Shown here piece after piece: positions 1-9,154 of a stretch of 64,000 bases of DNA; positions within the stretch are counted from its first letter, which is position 1; every line of letters begins with the position of its first letter. Source of the DNA: Oscillospiraceae bacterium (GTDB lineage: Bacteria; Bacillota; Clostridia; Saccharofermentanales; Saccharofermentanaceae). The stretch lies in NCBI GenBank assembly GCA_902802325.1, contig CADCLV010000003.1, positions 68,026 to 132,025 on the forward strand, in the 5' to 3' direction. The notes under the pieces were generated by a model. That model was not told the DNA's origin. It did no database searches and worked only from the letters and a program-made list of their open reading frames with translations. A program made the translations under genes and the position numbers.

Positions 1-413
1 CGGAAGGTAATTACATATCCGATATAGGCCGAAGAGGAGAGGTATGTGGCCTCGATCGGATAGGCTTCAAAGTTATAGTTGCTGAGTATCGAGTTGGCAC
101 AGGAGATCGTGCTGTATTCCGAAATAGCTGAATCATCGATGTTCAGATATGTGGCGAACAGCTCGAATACTTCGTTTTGAATGGTAAAACGGATCGTAGA
201 ATGGTCGACATATTGATTGGGATCGCCAAGCTCCTCTCTGGCTGAATCACGCATCTTGGTGATATCCGGCTTGGTTACTGCAGATATTACTGTATCTTCA
301 TAGTATCGTTCGGTATCCGTTACCCGAAGAAAAAAGCGCGGGCCAAGAAAAGTGGTCAGAGCCATGCACAGCAAAAGGATCCAAACGGATATTTTCCTGG
401 AAACTTTAGTCAT
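1..413 (-). CDS. Membrane-anchored protein, N-terminal part only (gene runs off the window start). Probably the permease or accessory component of the upstream ABC-2-type transporter.
   Basis: My own translation of the minus strand from ATG at 413-411 gives MTKVSRKISVWILLLCMALTTFLGPRFF... and stays open to position 1. It has one N-terminal TM helix followed by a soluble loop. It lies 26 nt downstream of the ABC ATPase in the same orientation. Confidence 0.5.
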   Translation of the reverse strand, partial: MTKVSRKISVWILLLCMALTTFLGPRFFLRVTDTERYYEDTVISAVTKPDITKMRDSAREELGDPNQYVDHSTIRFTIQNEVFELFATYLNIDDSAISEYSTISCANSILSNYNFEAYPIEATYLSSSAYIGYVITF

Positions 414-438
414 TTCATTGATGTAGAGCGCCAGTACT

Positions 439-1380
439 TTATTCAACGTTGATCCCTCCTCCGGTAATCTCCAGGAAAGCTTCCTCCAGAGAAGATTCGA
501 TTTTCTGCACACCCAGAATATCCGAGCCTTTCTCTACAAGAAGACGGACACAGGCATTGATTTCTGATTCATCGACTTCCACATCCAGGGTGTCTGAGGA
601 AAGATTGCTGACAGGATATTTGCTGTTCTCGGAAAGAATATCCTGCGCTCTTTTCGGATCAGATGTCTTGATCCGGTAGGAGTTGGATTTCATGGCTTTC
701 TGCATCAGTTCTTCAGTCGTGCAGATCTGGAGAAGCTTTCCGTGATTGATGATGCCGATCCGGTCACACATCAGCTGCATTTCTCCGAGAAGGTGGGAAC
801 TGACCATGACAGCTACGCCTTCTTCATGTGCACATCGTTTCAGGATGTCTCGGAGAAGGTGGATCCCGGCGGGGTCAAGACCATTGGTCGGCTCGTCCAG
901 GATCAGAACTTTCGGGTGGTGCAGAAGGGCCTGGGCCAAGCCGATCCGCTGCTTCATGCCGAGAGAATACTTTTTTACGGCTTCGTCTGCACGCTCGCTC
1001 AGACCGACCAGTTCCAGCACTTCGTCGATCCGCTCTTTTGTCACGCCATCATGAAGACGGGCATACATCTTCAGATTCAATCTGGCAGAAAGATTATTGT
1101 ACATTTCCGGATTCTCAACGATACCGCCGATGGAAGCCATAGCTTTCTCGTAGTCGGTATGACGGTTATATCCGTTGATTATGATCGTACCTTCGTCCGG
1201 ACGGACAAAGCCCATGATCATCTTGATGATCGTAGTTTTACCGGCACCGTTCGGCCCCAAAAAACCGAATACTTCTCCCGGATAAAGATCAAAGGAGACG
1301 TGATCTACGGCTACTTTAGAGCCAAATGTCTTGGTTGTGCCGGTAATAGATAATGCCGGTTCAGATTTCGTATCTGACAT
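439..1380 (-). CDS. ABC transporter ATP-binding protein (ABC-2 / bacitracin-lantibiotic-export-like subfamily)
   Basis: Walker A GPNGAGKTT, ABC signature YSLGMKQR, Walker B LILDEPTNGLD, H-loop SSH. RBS AAAGGAGAA lies upstream of the ATG. Confidence 0.9.
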   Translation of the reverse strand: MSDTKSEPALSITGTTKTFGSKVAVDHVSFDLYPGEVFGFLGPNGAGKTTIIKMIMGFVRPDEGTIIINGYNRHTDYEKAMASIGGIVENPEMYNNLSARLNLKMYARLHDGVTKERIDEVLELVGLSERADEAVKKYSLGMKQRIGLAQALLHHPKVLILDEPTNGLDPAGIHLLRDILKRCAHEEGVAVMVSSHLLGEMQLMCDRIGIINHGKLLQICTTEELMQKAMKSNSYRIKTSDPKRAQDILSENSKYPVSNLSSDTLDVEVDESEINACVRLLVEKGSDILGVQKIESSLEEAFLEITGGGINVE

Positions 1381-1396
1381 AACACGTTCTCCTTTC

Positions 1397-1966
1397 TTAA
1401 ATATACTCGTTGAGACTGGAGATCACATTTACGATCTTCCAGCTTCCGTCAATGTACAAGAGCTGGATCACATCCTGCGTAGCGTAATTTTCGGCGGAAA
1501 TATTATTTTTCTTGTCTTTGTATTCAAATGTGGTCTGGGAATACACTCTTACCGTGGCCGTGTCCATATAACACTCTTCGATCTGTACCTCTTCGACTTC
1601 TCGGGTGCAGGTGATCGGACAGAGTTCTTCATTCAGTGCATTTCCGTAAAAAACCAGATTCTTCTTTACCAGTTCTTTGCGGATAGCATCATTATTCTCG
1701 ATATACTGGAAGACCGGGCTGGCGCTTTCGTAAAGGATATTCATCATTTCGTCGCTGTCCCCGTTCATGATCGAAATGAATTCTTCCGGTCTGGGAAAAA
1801 CATACATATAAGAGGACGAAGTTACATAATCCGAAGCCAGATCGTGCAAAGCGGCTTTCTTCTTTGACTGATTCGAAGAGTAGATAACGAGATAGATTGC
1901 GACGGCGATTATAAGAATGCCCAGTAAAACAATGCCACGATTGACATTGCGCAACCATTTTTTCAT
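1397..1966 (-). CDS. Hypothetical N-terminally membrane-anchored protein, first gene of the ABC operon
   Basis: 189-aa ORF with the TM helix GIVLLGILIIAVAIYLVIY. Its stop lies 17 nt before the ABC ATPase start. I recognise no family. Confidence 0.55.
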   Translation of the reverse strand: MKKWLRNVNRGIVLLGILIIAVAIYLVIYSSNQSKKKAALHDLASDYVTSSSYMYVFPRPEEFISIMNGDSDEMMNILYESASPVFQYIENNDAIRKELVKKNLVFYGNALNEELCPITCTREVEEVQIEECYMDTATVRVYSQTTFEYKDKKNNISAENYATQDVIQLLYIDGSWKIVNVISSLNEYI

Positions 1967-2265
1967 GCCGACTACCCCAATTCTTCGAATGTTAAATCTA
2001 TTTTATCAGAATAAGAGGAGGCATATGGTGACAATCTTGTAACAGTTACGTATTACAGATTTGTAAACAATTTTCACCCGGATTTTGACTTCGGGAGAAA
2101 AAACGGAAGGAAAAGGAAAAAGCGGGAGGGAATAGAAGATAGCCGGAAATGCCCGAATTTCAGCACTTTGAAACATCTTCGAAAAGTCCGTGTAACACAA
2201 GCGTAACGTTTTGTGTAATGTGCACAAACGGGTGCGCGCGTTCGCGAATTTTGTTTGTAAAAATG

Positions 2266-2293
2266 TTGACAAACTTCTTGACCGTGCTATACT
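2266..2293 (+). promoter_or_regulatory. Sigma-A-type promoter driving the large ncRNA candidate
   Basis: TTGACA (2266-2271), 16-nt spacer, extended -10 TGc-TATACT (2285-2293). Confidence 0.6.
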
Positions 2294-2298
2294 GAAAC

Positions 2299-2957
2299 TA
2301 GCTCCAGGGAATGCGGGTTCACACCAAGTCCTACACGGAGAGCCGCCACAAGTGGATACACGAGGCGAGGCTGAAAAAAACAGAAAGACCAGAAAGTGGT
2401 CCGGAAACGAAAATGGAGAGCGCCGGAGATCCGATCCCGTGAGGTTGGATGGAGCGAAGGAAGTTGGAGCCGTCAGAGCCATAGTTGAAGCAAGTGGAGA
2501 GCGGACAGCGATTGACGGTACGCGATGGCGGACACAAATCGCAGGTCAGGTTTAAGACCTTGATCCACATACATCCTGACAGGCTGATAAAACGCGGTCG
2601 GATGGGGATCACGAGAAATGACAGGAGACGGGCTGGAACTGAGTAGGTTTCATAAACTGATCCAGATAAGGAGTTCGGGCATAGGGCCGGGACCAGAGAC
2701 ATCGGGTCAGAAAGGTTACGGAAAAGACGCCTCGGAGACGACATCATTTCGGGAACGGGCTGGTTGGAAAGGCAAGCTGCTACGTCAGGTGCTGAGTAAT
2801 TCCACGGTGAGGGTCGATGGACAGGATTGGAGAAGGTCCGTAGATAATAAAGGGCGACCGGGGAATTGGATGGAAAGTTGGTTCGCTGGAGCTATTATTT
2901 GTCCTCATACATTTATAAAAAACGGAGACCTATGACACCTCGGGTCTCCTTTTTTTG
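2299..2957 (+). ncRNA. Large (about 650 nt) candidate structured noncoding RNA of unassigned class (OLE/ROOL/GOLLD size range)
   Basis: It is bracketed by a near-consensus promoter and an intrinsic terminator. There is no credible ORF. The flanking genes are divergent and convergent, so it is not a leader or a 3' UTR. TAGCTCCAG at 2299-2307 is perfectly complementary to CTGGAGCTA at 2886-2894. The + strand is purine-rich and carries recurring motifs. Confidence 0.55.
2924..2957. terminator. Bidirectional intrinsic terminator (ncRNA on +, hpt on -)
   Basis: GGAGACC (2924-2930) pairs with GGTCTCC (2943-2949) and is followed by T7. On the opposite strand an A-run gives a U-tract after hpt. Confidence 0.8.
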
Positions 2958-2977
2958 TACGACGAAATCCTATTTGG

Positions 2978-3508
2978 TCAGTGATGCTCGATCTCGGCAA
3001 TGAAGGGGAGGTTTCGTCCGATTTCTCCATTATCCATGCCGTAGCCGATCAGCCAGCTTCTGTCAACTTCGAAACCATAATACTTGACTGGAAGATCGAT
3101 CAGCTGCCTGTCCGGATTATAAAGAAGCGTGCATACCTCTAATGAAGCCGGTTTTCTCGTTTCCAATGTCTGGAGAAGATAGGCAGTGGTAAGGCCTGTG
3201 CGGATGATGTCTTCGACTACGATCACGTGCTTGCCTGTGATGTCGATATCCACATCTTTTGTGATCCTTACGATCCCGGTAGCGCGGGTAGTGTCAGGGA
3301 TGCTGCTGATGCCGATCATGTCGACCATTACGGGCATTTTTGTTGCACGGGCAAGATCTGTCAGAAAGAAAAGAGAACCTTTCAGTACCCCCAGAAGGAG
3401 AAGATCCTGACCTTCGTAATCACGGGCAAGGGTCTTCCCAAGTTCTTTTACCCGGTTTTGCAGCTGCTCCTCGGTAAAAAGTATCTTTTTATACGAAATC
3501 TCTTTCAT
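2978..3508 (-). CDS. hpt: Hypoxanthine phosphoribosyltransferase
   Basis: 176 aa with the PRPP-binding motif VIVVEDIIRTGLT and typical Hpt N- and C-terminal sequence. RBS GGAGG. Confidence 0.9.
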   Translation of the reverse strand: MKEISYKKILFTEEQLQNRVKELGKTLARDYEGQDLLLLGVLKGSLFFLTDLARATKMPVMVDMIGISSIPDTTRATGIVRITKDVDIDITGKHVIVVEDIIRTGLTTAYLLQTLETRKPASLEVCTLLYNPDRQLIDLPVKYYGFEVDRSWLIGYGMDNGEIGRNLPFIAEIEHH

Positions 3509-3520
3509 TTACGGCCTCCG

Positions 3521-4480
3521 TCATTTATCCGCGTTTTCCTCGTCGGCGGGAAATGCACTGCCGCGGAGCCGCTCGGCCAGTTCGAGGAAATCTTTCTTAT
3601 AAACGATCTTTATGTGAATGCCCGGATACAGTTCACGGACTTTCTTCAGCTTGCGGTTCTTTTTATTGACGTATTTCTGGTTCATGGTCGTCAGTTCCAG
3701 ATAGGTGTCAAAACGTGTCAGATAAAAATCCGGACTGAAGGCCAGCGTGACATTTCCTTCGCTGTCCCATTCCACAGGGAAAGTCTTCGGTTCGTATCTC
3801 CACTCGATCTGGTACATATCCAGGATCCGGGCAAATTCCGCCTCCGAAGGATTTTTAAAAACAGGAAGGGATTTCTGGTGGTCCTTGGAACCTTCTTTTT
3901 TCGTTTCGGAGGTGATCCGGGAACGAAGAGAATGCTCTTTTACCGTGGAAAGGATAGCAGCTACGCACTCATCCACAGAGAGAAGACCGGTATTCAGAAC
4001 CAGGTGATAAAGTTCTTCGCTTGAAGAATCTGCGCCGAAAACATGGGATACGAAACGCTTGTGTTTCCGGTCGCGGGAAGCTAAAAGCTCTCTTGCTGCT
4101 TCTTCGGCCAGGTGAAACTGTTTGCAGATCCTGGTAAGACGCACCGCGTCCGGGGCGATGATCCGGACATGAATGGCATTACTGTTATCGGAAAGAAGGA
4201 TCTGAGAGCCGAATCCCAGTAAAATGGCCGAGTCTTTTTCAGACAGCTTAAGGAGCGAGTCGGAAAGAACATCCTTAAAGCTTTTTCCGTCCTTATATTC
4301 TGAAAGATAAAACTTGGCGCTTTCGGCCAGGTGGGAGCGCTGCTCGGCATTGATCTCGGGAAAAAACCGGTCCATCAAAAGATCACGGGTCAAAAGCTCC
4401 CAGCCTAATTTACTGCTTAAGGCGGAGGCTACTTCTTCTCCGAGACTTCCCATCTGTCGGGAGATCGTGATGATCGGCAT
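3521..4480 (-). CDS. Cytidylate kinase-like family protein fused to a C-terminal PD-(D/E)xK-like domain
   Basis: The N-terminus ITISRQMGSLGEEVA is typical of the Cytidylate_kin2 family. The C-terminal roughly 120 aa contains SPDFYL-x8-YLELT. RBS AAGGGGGAAAG. Confidence 0.65.
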   Translation of the reverse strand: MPIITISRQMGSLGEEVASALSSKLGWELLTRDLLMDRFFPEINAEQRSHLAESAKFYLSEYKDGKSFKDVLSDSLLKLSEKDSAILLGFGSQILLSDNSNAIHVRIIAPDAVRLTRICKQFHLAEEAARELLASRDRKHKRFVSHVFGADSSSEELYHLVLNTGLLSVDECVAAILSTVKEHSLRSRITSETKKEGSKDHQKSLPVFKNPSEAEFARILDMYQIEWRYEPKTFPVEWDSEGNVTLAFSPDFYLTRFDTYLELTTMNQKYVNKKNRKLKKVRELYPGIHIKIVYKKDFLELAERLRGSAFPADEENADK

Positions 4481-4494
4481 GATCTTTCCCCCTT

Positions 4495-4878
4495 TCAGTT
4501 CTTCTTTCTCAGCGTCAGTTTTCCGAACTGATTGACCTCGTACTTGGCGGCAAAGGCAGGATTGATCGCGGCAATTTCCTGATACGTGGCTTTGCCGTCG
4601 TTGACGTAGTTATAGGCAACGATCGGGTCGGTATAGATCTTTTTCTGAAAGTCTTTTTTGGCGATTTTGGCACCGATTTTACTTCCCATAAAGAAATAGA
4701 AGAAGATGGCCAGGGCAATCAGACCCAGTCCCAAGAGAACGAAAAGCGGTCCCATTTTCAATGCCAGAAGAAGAACAACGATGCCGCCCAGTCCGCAACC
4801 GTAGGCCAGAAGATCCATCAGGATCGCAAAAAGGGTGGCCTTGTTGGAGTACTGAAAAGAAGTAAAGATAAAGAACAT
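4495..4878 (-). CDS. Small integral membrane protein (hypothetical)
   Basis: 127 aa with 2-3 hydrophobic helices. It sits immediately upstream of the 3521-4480 gene in the same orientation. Confidence 0.5.
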   Translation of the reverse strand: MFFIFTSFQYSNKATLFAILMDLLAYGCGLGGIVVLLLALKMGPLFVLLGLGLIALAIFFYFFMGSKIGAKIAKKDFQKKIYTDPIVAYNYVNDGKATYQEIAAINPAFAAKYEVNQFGKLTLRKKN

Positions 4879-5019
4879 GTTTCTTACCTCCGTCGGCTTA
4901 TTATCTACATTTTACCATAGTGGCGGGAAAGTGCGAAAAAGACATTGAATTACATTTTGTTCTGTGCGAAAATCATACTGCGTTTGTATGCGCATTAAAA
5001 TACTTTAAGGAGATGTGTT

Positions 5020-5457
5020 ATGGGTACGTTTTATTATGGTGTAGAGTCTTTTAAGAAAGTATATGGACCGAAAGGTGAACCAAAGGAGTGCCCTTTCTGC
5101 CATAAGGTATATCAGGAAACATATGTAAAGTTCAATAAGTGGGGTCATCTCGACTTCATTCCGCTGATCCCTCTCGGAGCGGATCTGTATCATTTCTGCC
5201 CGGTTTGCTTTACCGGTGATAAATTGGTCAAGGATGAAAAGAAAGCAGCAAAGAAACTGGTAAAGGATAAGACGGCTCCGACTACCAACCTGGTACCGAG
5301 AGGTGTCCATCACAAGGCAGAAAAGACATGGGATCTTTTTCTGGACGATAAGAATTCCGGTGAGACATTTACGATCCAGTCTGCCATGAAAAAAGGCGAG
5401 TACAAGAAACTGAAGAAAGACCGCTTCTATAAGAAGATTCAGGAAGTAGAACAGTAA
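5020..5457 (+). CDS. Zinc-ribbon hypothetical protein
   Basis: Two Cys pairs (CPFC and CPVC) and a Lys-rich C-terminus. RBS AAGGAG. Its TAA overlaps the ATG of the next gene (TAATG). Confidence 0.55.
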   Translation: MGTFYYGVESFKKVYGPKGEPKECPFCHKVYQETYVKFNKWGHLDFIPLIPLGADLYHFCPVCFTGDKLVKDEKKAAKKLVKDKTAPTTNLVPRGVHHKAEKTWDLFLDDKNSGETFTIQSAMKKGEYKKLKKDRFYKKIQEVEQ

Positions 5458-6728
5458 TGAAAGAAAACAGAGTAGAGCAAATGCATCGACTTCTGGCAGG
5501 GCTACTGGCATGCTCAGTAGCCTTTGCTTGCGCCTGCAGCAAGAATGAGGAGACGGAAAAGAGCAAGAAGGATAGAAAAGCGACACAGTCAGAAGAAAAG
5601 GAAGAACCGGAAACAGAAACAACGGCAAAGCCTACTTTCACACCGACTCCGAGTCCTTCTCCGTCGCCCAGTCCTTCTCCGTCGCCCACGCCGGTTCCCG
5701 GCACATTCGATGAGGCATCGGCGCAAAGTTATATGGACGGGATCACATTTGACGGTGTGGTGCTGGTGGCCGAAAACGATCAGATCAGCTGGACTTACGA
5801 AAGTGGCCTGGCAGACCGTGACAATAACGTTCCCAATACGATGGATACGGTGTTTGAGTTCGGCTCGATCACGAAGCAGTTCACGGCAGTGGCGATCATG
5901 CAGCTGGTGGAACAGGGGAAGATCTCTGTGGAAGATACGCTGGATAAGTATATTCCCGATTATCCCTATGCGGATAAGATCACGATCCATCAGCTTTTGA
6001 ACATGACATCCGGTGTGCCGGACTACCTTTCCTGCGGCGTGCTCGGATTCTCCTGGAGTGATTTTGAAAACTTGGATTTTTCCACGATCATGAATCTGGA
6101 ATCGCTTTTGGGCGAAGTGGCAACCACGCCTTTGAAAAAAGAAGAACTGGTTGAAAAGATCTCGAAGTATCCTCTGAATTTTGATCCCGGAACGCAGTAT
6201 GAATATTCCAACACGAACTATTATTTCCTGGGTATCATCATCGAGCAGCTCAGCGGCATGGCCTATGACGAATATATCCGGAAGAATATCCTGGAGCCGT
6301 TAGATCTGACGGAGCTTTTCCCGGATAACGATCATCTGACATCTAACGGACGGACAGATCTGAAACTGATCCACTTTGATTTTCCTCATCAGGATGTGAC
6401 TTTGAGTTATTCCGTGGGAGTTATGACCGGTACCGCAGAAGGACTTCTGGAATGGGAAAAATGTGTCCTTGATAGAAAGCTTCTTTCTTCTGAAAGCTGG
6501 GATAAGATCTTTGACGGCGGACAGTTCGGTTACGGATACGGCTGGACGATCGTCGGAGACGGTGTGGTCGAGCATTCCGGCATGACCCTTGGATATAACA
6601 CGAATGTCCGGATCAATCTGAAGGATAGAAAAGTGATTATCGTGCTTTCCAATATCCAGCCTTTAAGCGGAAGTAAAAGCCGTCCCTTGTCTTCTGAAAT
6701 CGGAGATAAACTCTGGGGAATGTTTTAA
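5457..6728 (+). CDS. Serine hydrolase / beta-lactamase-family lipoprotein
   Basis: Signal peptide with lipobox-like LLAC, a (PS/PT)n linker, an SxxK active-site motif (GSITKQFT) and class C beta-lactamase-like sequence. An alternative start is the Met at residue 9 of this ORF. Confidence 0.8.
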   Translation: MKENRVEQMHRLLAGLLACSVAFACACSKNEETEKSKKDRKATQSEEKEEPETETTAKPTFTPTPSPSPSPSPSPSPTPVPGTFDEASAQSYMDGITFDGVVLVAENDQISWTYESGLADRDNNVPNTMDTVFEFGSITKQFTAVAIMQLVEQGKISVEDTLDKYIPDYPYADKITIHQLLNMTSGVPDYLSCGVLGFSWSDFENLDFSTIMNLESLLGEVATTPLKKEELVEKISKYPLNFDPGTQYEYSNTNYYFLGIIIEQLSGMAYDEYIRKNILEPLDLTELFPDNDHLTSNGRTDLKLIHFDFPHQDVTLSYSVGVMTGTAEGLLEWEKCVLDRKLLSSESWDKIFDGGQFGYGYGWTIVGDGVVEHSGMTLGYNTNVRINLKDRKVIIVLSNIQPLSGSKSRPLSSEIGDKLWGMF

Positions 6729-6752
6729 TTCATAAAATCGAGGAAGAAATCA

Positions 6753-7241
6753 GTGAAGAAAGATACGAAGACCAATGCCATGCGCATTCTGGATAAAGAA
6801 AAGATCTCTTACACGCCTTTTTACTATGAGTGCGATGAATTTATTGATGGCGTGCACATTGCCGATATGCTGGGCCAGCCCTATGAAAGTTCTTTTAAGA
6901 CTCTGGTAATGCAGGGAAAATCGAAGAACTACTTCGTGTTCGTCCTTCCTATTGCGGAAGAAGTGGACATGAAAAAAGCGGCGCGGACCGTTGGTGAGAA
7001 ATCCCTGGAGATGGTGCACGTAAAGGATATCCAGCAGGTCACCGGATATATCCGTGGAGGAGTGACTTCCATTGGCATGAAGAAGAAATATCCGACTGTC
7101 ATAGATGAGAGCGCGACTCTTTTTGACACGATCATTGTCAGCGGCGGTATGCTGGGTACGCAGATCCACCTGTCTCCGGAGGATCTGCGGAAAGCAGTGG
7201 ACGGGCAGTTCGCGGATATTACGCTTACCCACGCAGAGTAA
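6753..7241 (+). CDS. ybaK: Cys-tRNA(Pro)/Cys-tRNA(Cys) deacylase YbaK
   Basis: 162 aa. TNAMRILDKEKISY...GGVTSIGMKKKYPTVIDES is typical of YbaK/EbsC. GTG start. Confidence 0.8.
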   Translation: MKKDTKTNAMRILDKEKISYTPFYYECDEFIDGVHIADMLGQPYESSFKTLVMQGKSKNYFVFVLPIAEEVDMKKAARTVGEKSLEMVHVKDIQQVTGYIRGGVTSIGMKKKYPTVIDESATLFDTIIVSGGMLGTQIHLSPEDLRKAVDGQFADITLTHAE

Positions 7242-7259
7242 GGAACATAGGAAAACACA

Positions 7260-9002
7260 TCAGGCTTCGGCCGTGTGATACAGGCGGGCATAGGTCCCGC
7301 CTTTTTTCAGCAGTTCCTCGTGCGTGCCTTCTTCTTCGATGCCTTTTTCCGACATGACCAGAATGCGTCTGGCGTTCTGAACTGTGGAAAGACGATGGGC
7401 GATGACCAGTGTGGTCCGGTCTTTTGCCAGAGACTCCAGCGCATCCTGAATTACTCTTTCGCTCTCGTTATCTAAAGCAGAGGTGGCTTCATCGAAAATC
7501 AGGATCGGAGGATTCTTGAGAAACACGCGGGCGATCGACAGACGCTGTTTCTGACCGCCGGAAAGCTTGACGCCGCGCTGGCCGATGTCGGTGTCGTATC
7601 CGTCGGGAAGTTCCATAATGAATTCGTGGGCATTGGCTTTTTTAGCGGCGGCGACCACTTCTTCCAGACTTGCTTCCGGCCGGCCGTAGCGGATGTTCTC
7701 CAGAACGGTGCCGGAGAAGAGATAGACATCCTGCTGTACGATTCCGATCTGCTGGCGAAGTGAACGCTGGGTGACGCTTCGGATATCCTGCCCGTCGATC
7801 CGGATCGTGCCTTCGGACGGCTCATAAAAGCGGGGGATCAGACTGCAGATCGTGGTCTTCCCAACACCGGAATGACCGACCAGCGCCACGTACTCGCCTG
7901 CATCGATATGCAGATTCAGGTGCGAAAGCACATTGGCTTCCTTGGTCGGATTTTCGCCATAGGAAAAAGTAACATCGGAAAAATCAATATCTCCACGGAC
8001 ATTTTCCATGATCCCGGCATCCGGTGCATCCTCAATGTCCGGTTCGATACAGATCATCTCGTAAAAACGCTCGAAGCCGGACATGCCGTTTTGGAACTGC
8101 TCGGTGAAGTTGACAAGTTTGCGTATCGGCTCTGTGAAATTGTTAATGTAAAGAAGGAAGGCGATCAGGTCCTGAAGCGTCAGTTGTTCCTGTCCGATCA
8201 TGTGGGCGCCGACCGCTACCACGCAGACAGTGATCAGTCCGGTAATGCACCAAAGGACGGCATGGTAGATCGCCATATAGCGGTAGTTGTCCCTTTTACT
8301 TTGAAGGAAAAGATCATTTCCTTCGGAAAACTTATGGATCTCCATATCTTCACCGGTAAAGGACTTGACGACACGGATGCCGGAAAGACTGTCCTCCATC
8401 CGGGTGTTGATCTCGGCAATGCGCTCCCGGTTCTTTTTGAAAGTGCGGCGCATTTTCCGGTTGAGTATGGATGCAAAAACGATCATGAAGGGGACGGGGA
8501 TCACGGCTACCAGAGCGAGCTTCACATTGATCACACACAAGATCACCAGAGAGCCAAAAAGCTTGATCGCCGAGATCATCAGGTCTTCCGGACCATGGTG
8601 ATAAAGTTCGGTGATCTCGAAAAGATCATTGGTCACGCGGGACATGAGTGAGCCGACTTTCTGGTTGTCATAAAAGCGGAAAGAAAGCTTCTGGTAATGG
8701 GTGAAAAGTTCATTTCGGAGATCCCGTTCCATACGGGCACCGACCATGTGTCCCACATATGCGATAAAGTAGTTGCAGCAGAATTCTACGGCCAGAAGTC
8801 CCAGCATCAGGAGAAACAGGAGAAATATCGTTTTCTCGGCTCCGGTAAATCCACTGGCGAGAACCGTTCCGGTGATATAGCGGATGATCAGGGGGATGGC
8901 AAGAGAAGTGGAAGCACCCAGAAGCGCCAGCGCCATATCCGCCAGAAATCCTTTCATATAAGGCCGGTAATAAGAGAGGAATTTACGCCATTTTGCACTC
9001 AT
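7260..9002 (-). CDS. ABC transporter permease/ATPase fusion (MsbA-like exporter)
   Basis: Six-TM domain plus an NBD with GHSGVGKTT, LSGGQKQR and ILIFDEATSALD. I place the start at MSAKW (9002) because GGGGAAAGGA precedes it; the ORF-track start at 9056 lacks an RBS. Confidence 0.9.
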   Translation of the reverse strand: MSAKWRKFLSYYRPYMKGFLADMALALLGASTSLAIPLIIRYITGTVLASGFTGAEKTIFLLFLLMLGLLAVEFCCNYFIAYVGHMVGARMERDLRNELFTHYQKLSFRFYDNQKVGSLMSRVTNDLFEITELYHHGPEDLMISAIKLFGSLVILCVINVKLALVAVIPVPFMIVFASILNRKMRRTFKKNRERIAEINTRMEDSLSGIRVVKSFTGEDMEIHKFSEGNDLFLQSKRDNYRYMAIYHAVLWCITGLITVCVVAVGAHMIGQEQLTLQDLIAFLLYINNFTEPIRKLVNFTEQFQNGMSGFERFYEMICIEPDIEDAPDAGIMENVRGDIDFSDVTFSYGENPTKEANVLSHLNLHIDAGEYVALVGHSGVGKTTICSLIPRFYEPSEGTIRIDGQDIRSVTQRSLRQQIGIVQQDVYLFSGTVLENIRYGRPEASLEEVVAAAKKANAHEFIMELPDGYDTDIGQRGVKLSGGQKQRLSIARVFLKNPPILIFDEATSALDNESERVIQDALESLAKDRTTLVIAHRLSTVQNARRILVMSEKGIEEEGTHEELLKKGGTYARLYHTAEA

Positions 9003-9154
9003 GATGATGATCCTTTCCCCAAGAAAAAAGGCTTTCCGGATGTCGTTCTTCTGCAAATGATATGAGGTATTCTAGCAGATTTGAGATTGACTTTCTATAC
9101 GCTCTGACGCAATAATATTAGCAGTATAAATCTGATGTTTGGAAGGTGAAGTGT

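Noticed and set aside
2006-2935. Four overlapping ORFs of 105-158 aa in the ORF track (2006-2482 -, 2211-2555 +, 2331-2747 -, 2618-2935 +) inside the ncRNA region
   Set aside because: They overlap each other on both strands. Their composition is implausible for proteins (rich in Arg, Ser, Gly and Pro). They resemble no family I know, and they sit between a promoter and a terminator that define a single + strand transcript. Only 2618-2935 has even a weak RBS-like GGGGA upstream.
2299-2957. Possibility that the large RNA is RNase P RNA, tmRNA, SRP RNA, 6S RNA, a group II intron or a riboswitch leader
   Set aside because: At about 650 nt it is too long for these housekeeping RNAs as I recall their sizes. 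I found no GGAAAGUCC-type RNase P core. There is no tRNA-like GGGG...CCA end or tag ORF. There is no group II domain V or GUGYG 5' end. No downstream gene lies in the same orientation, since it ends at a terminator facing convergent hpt.
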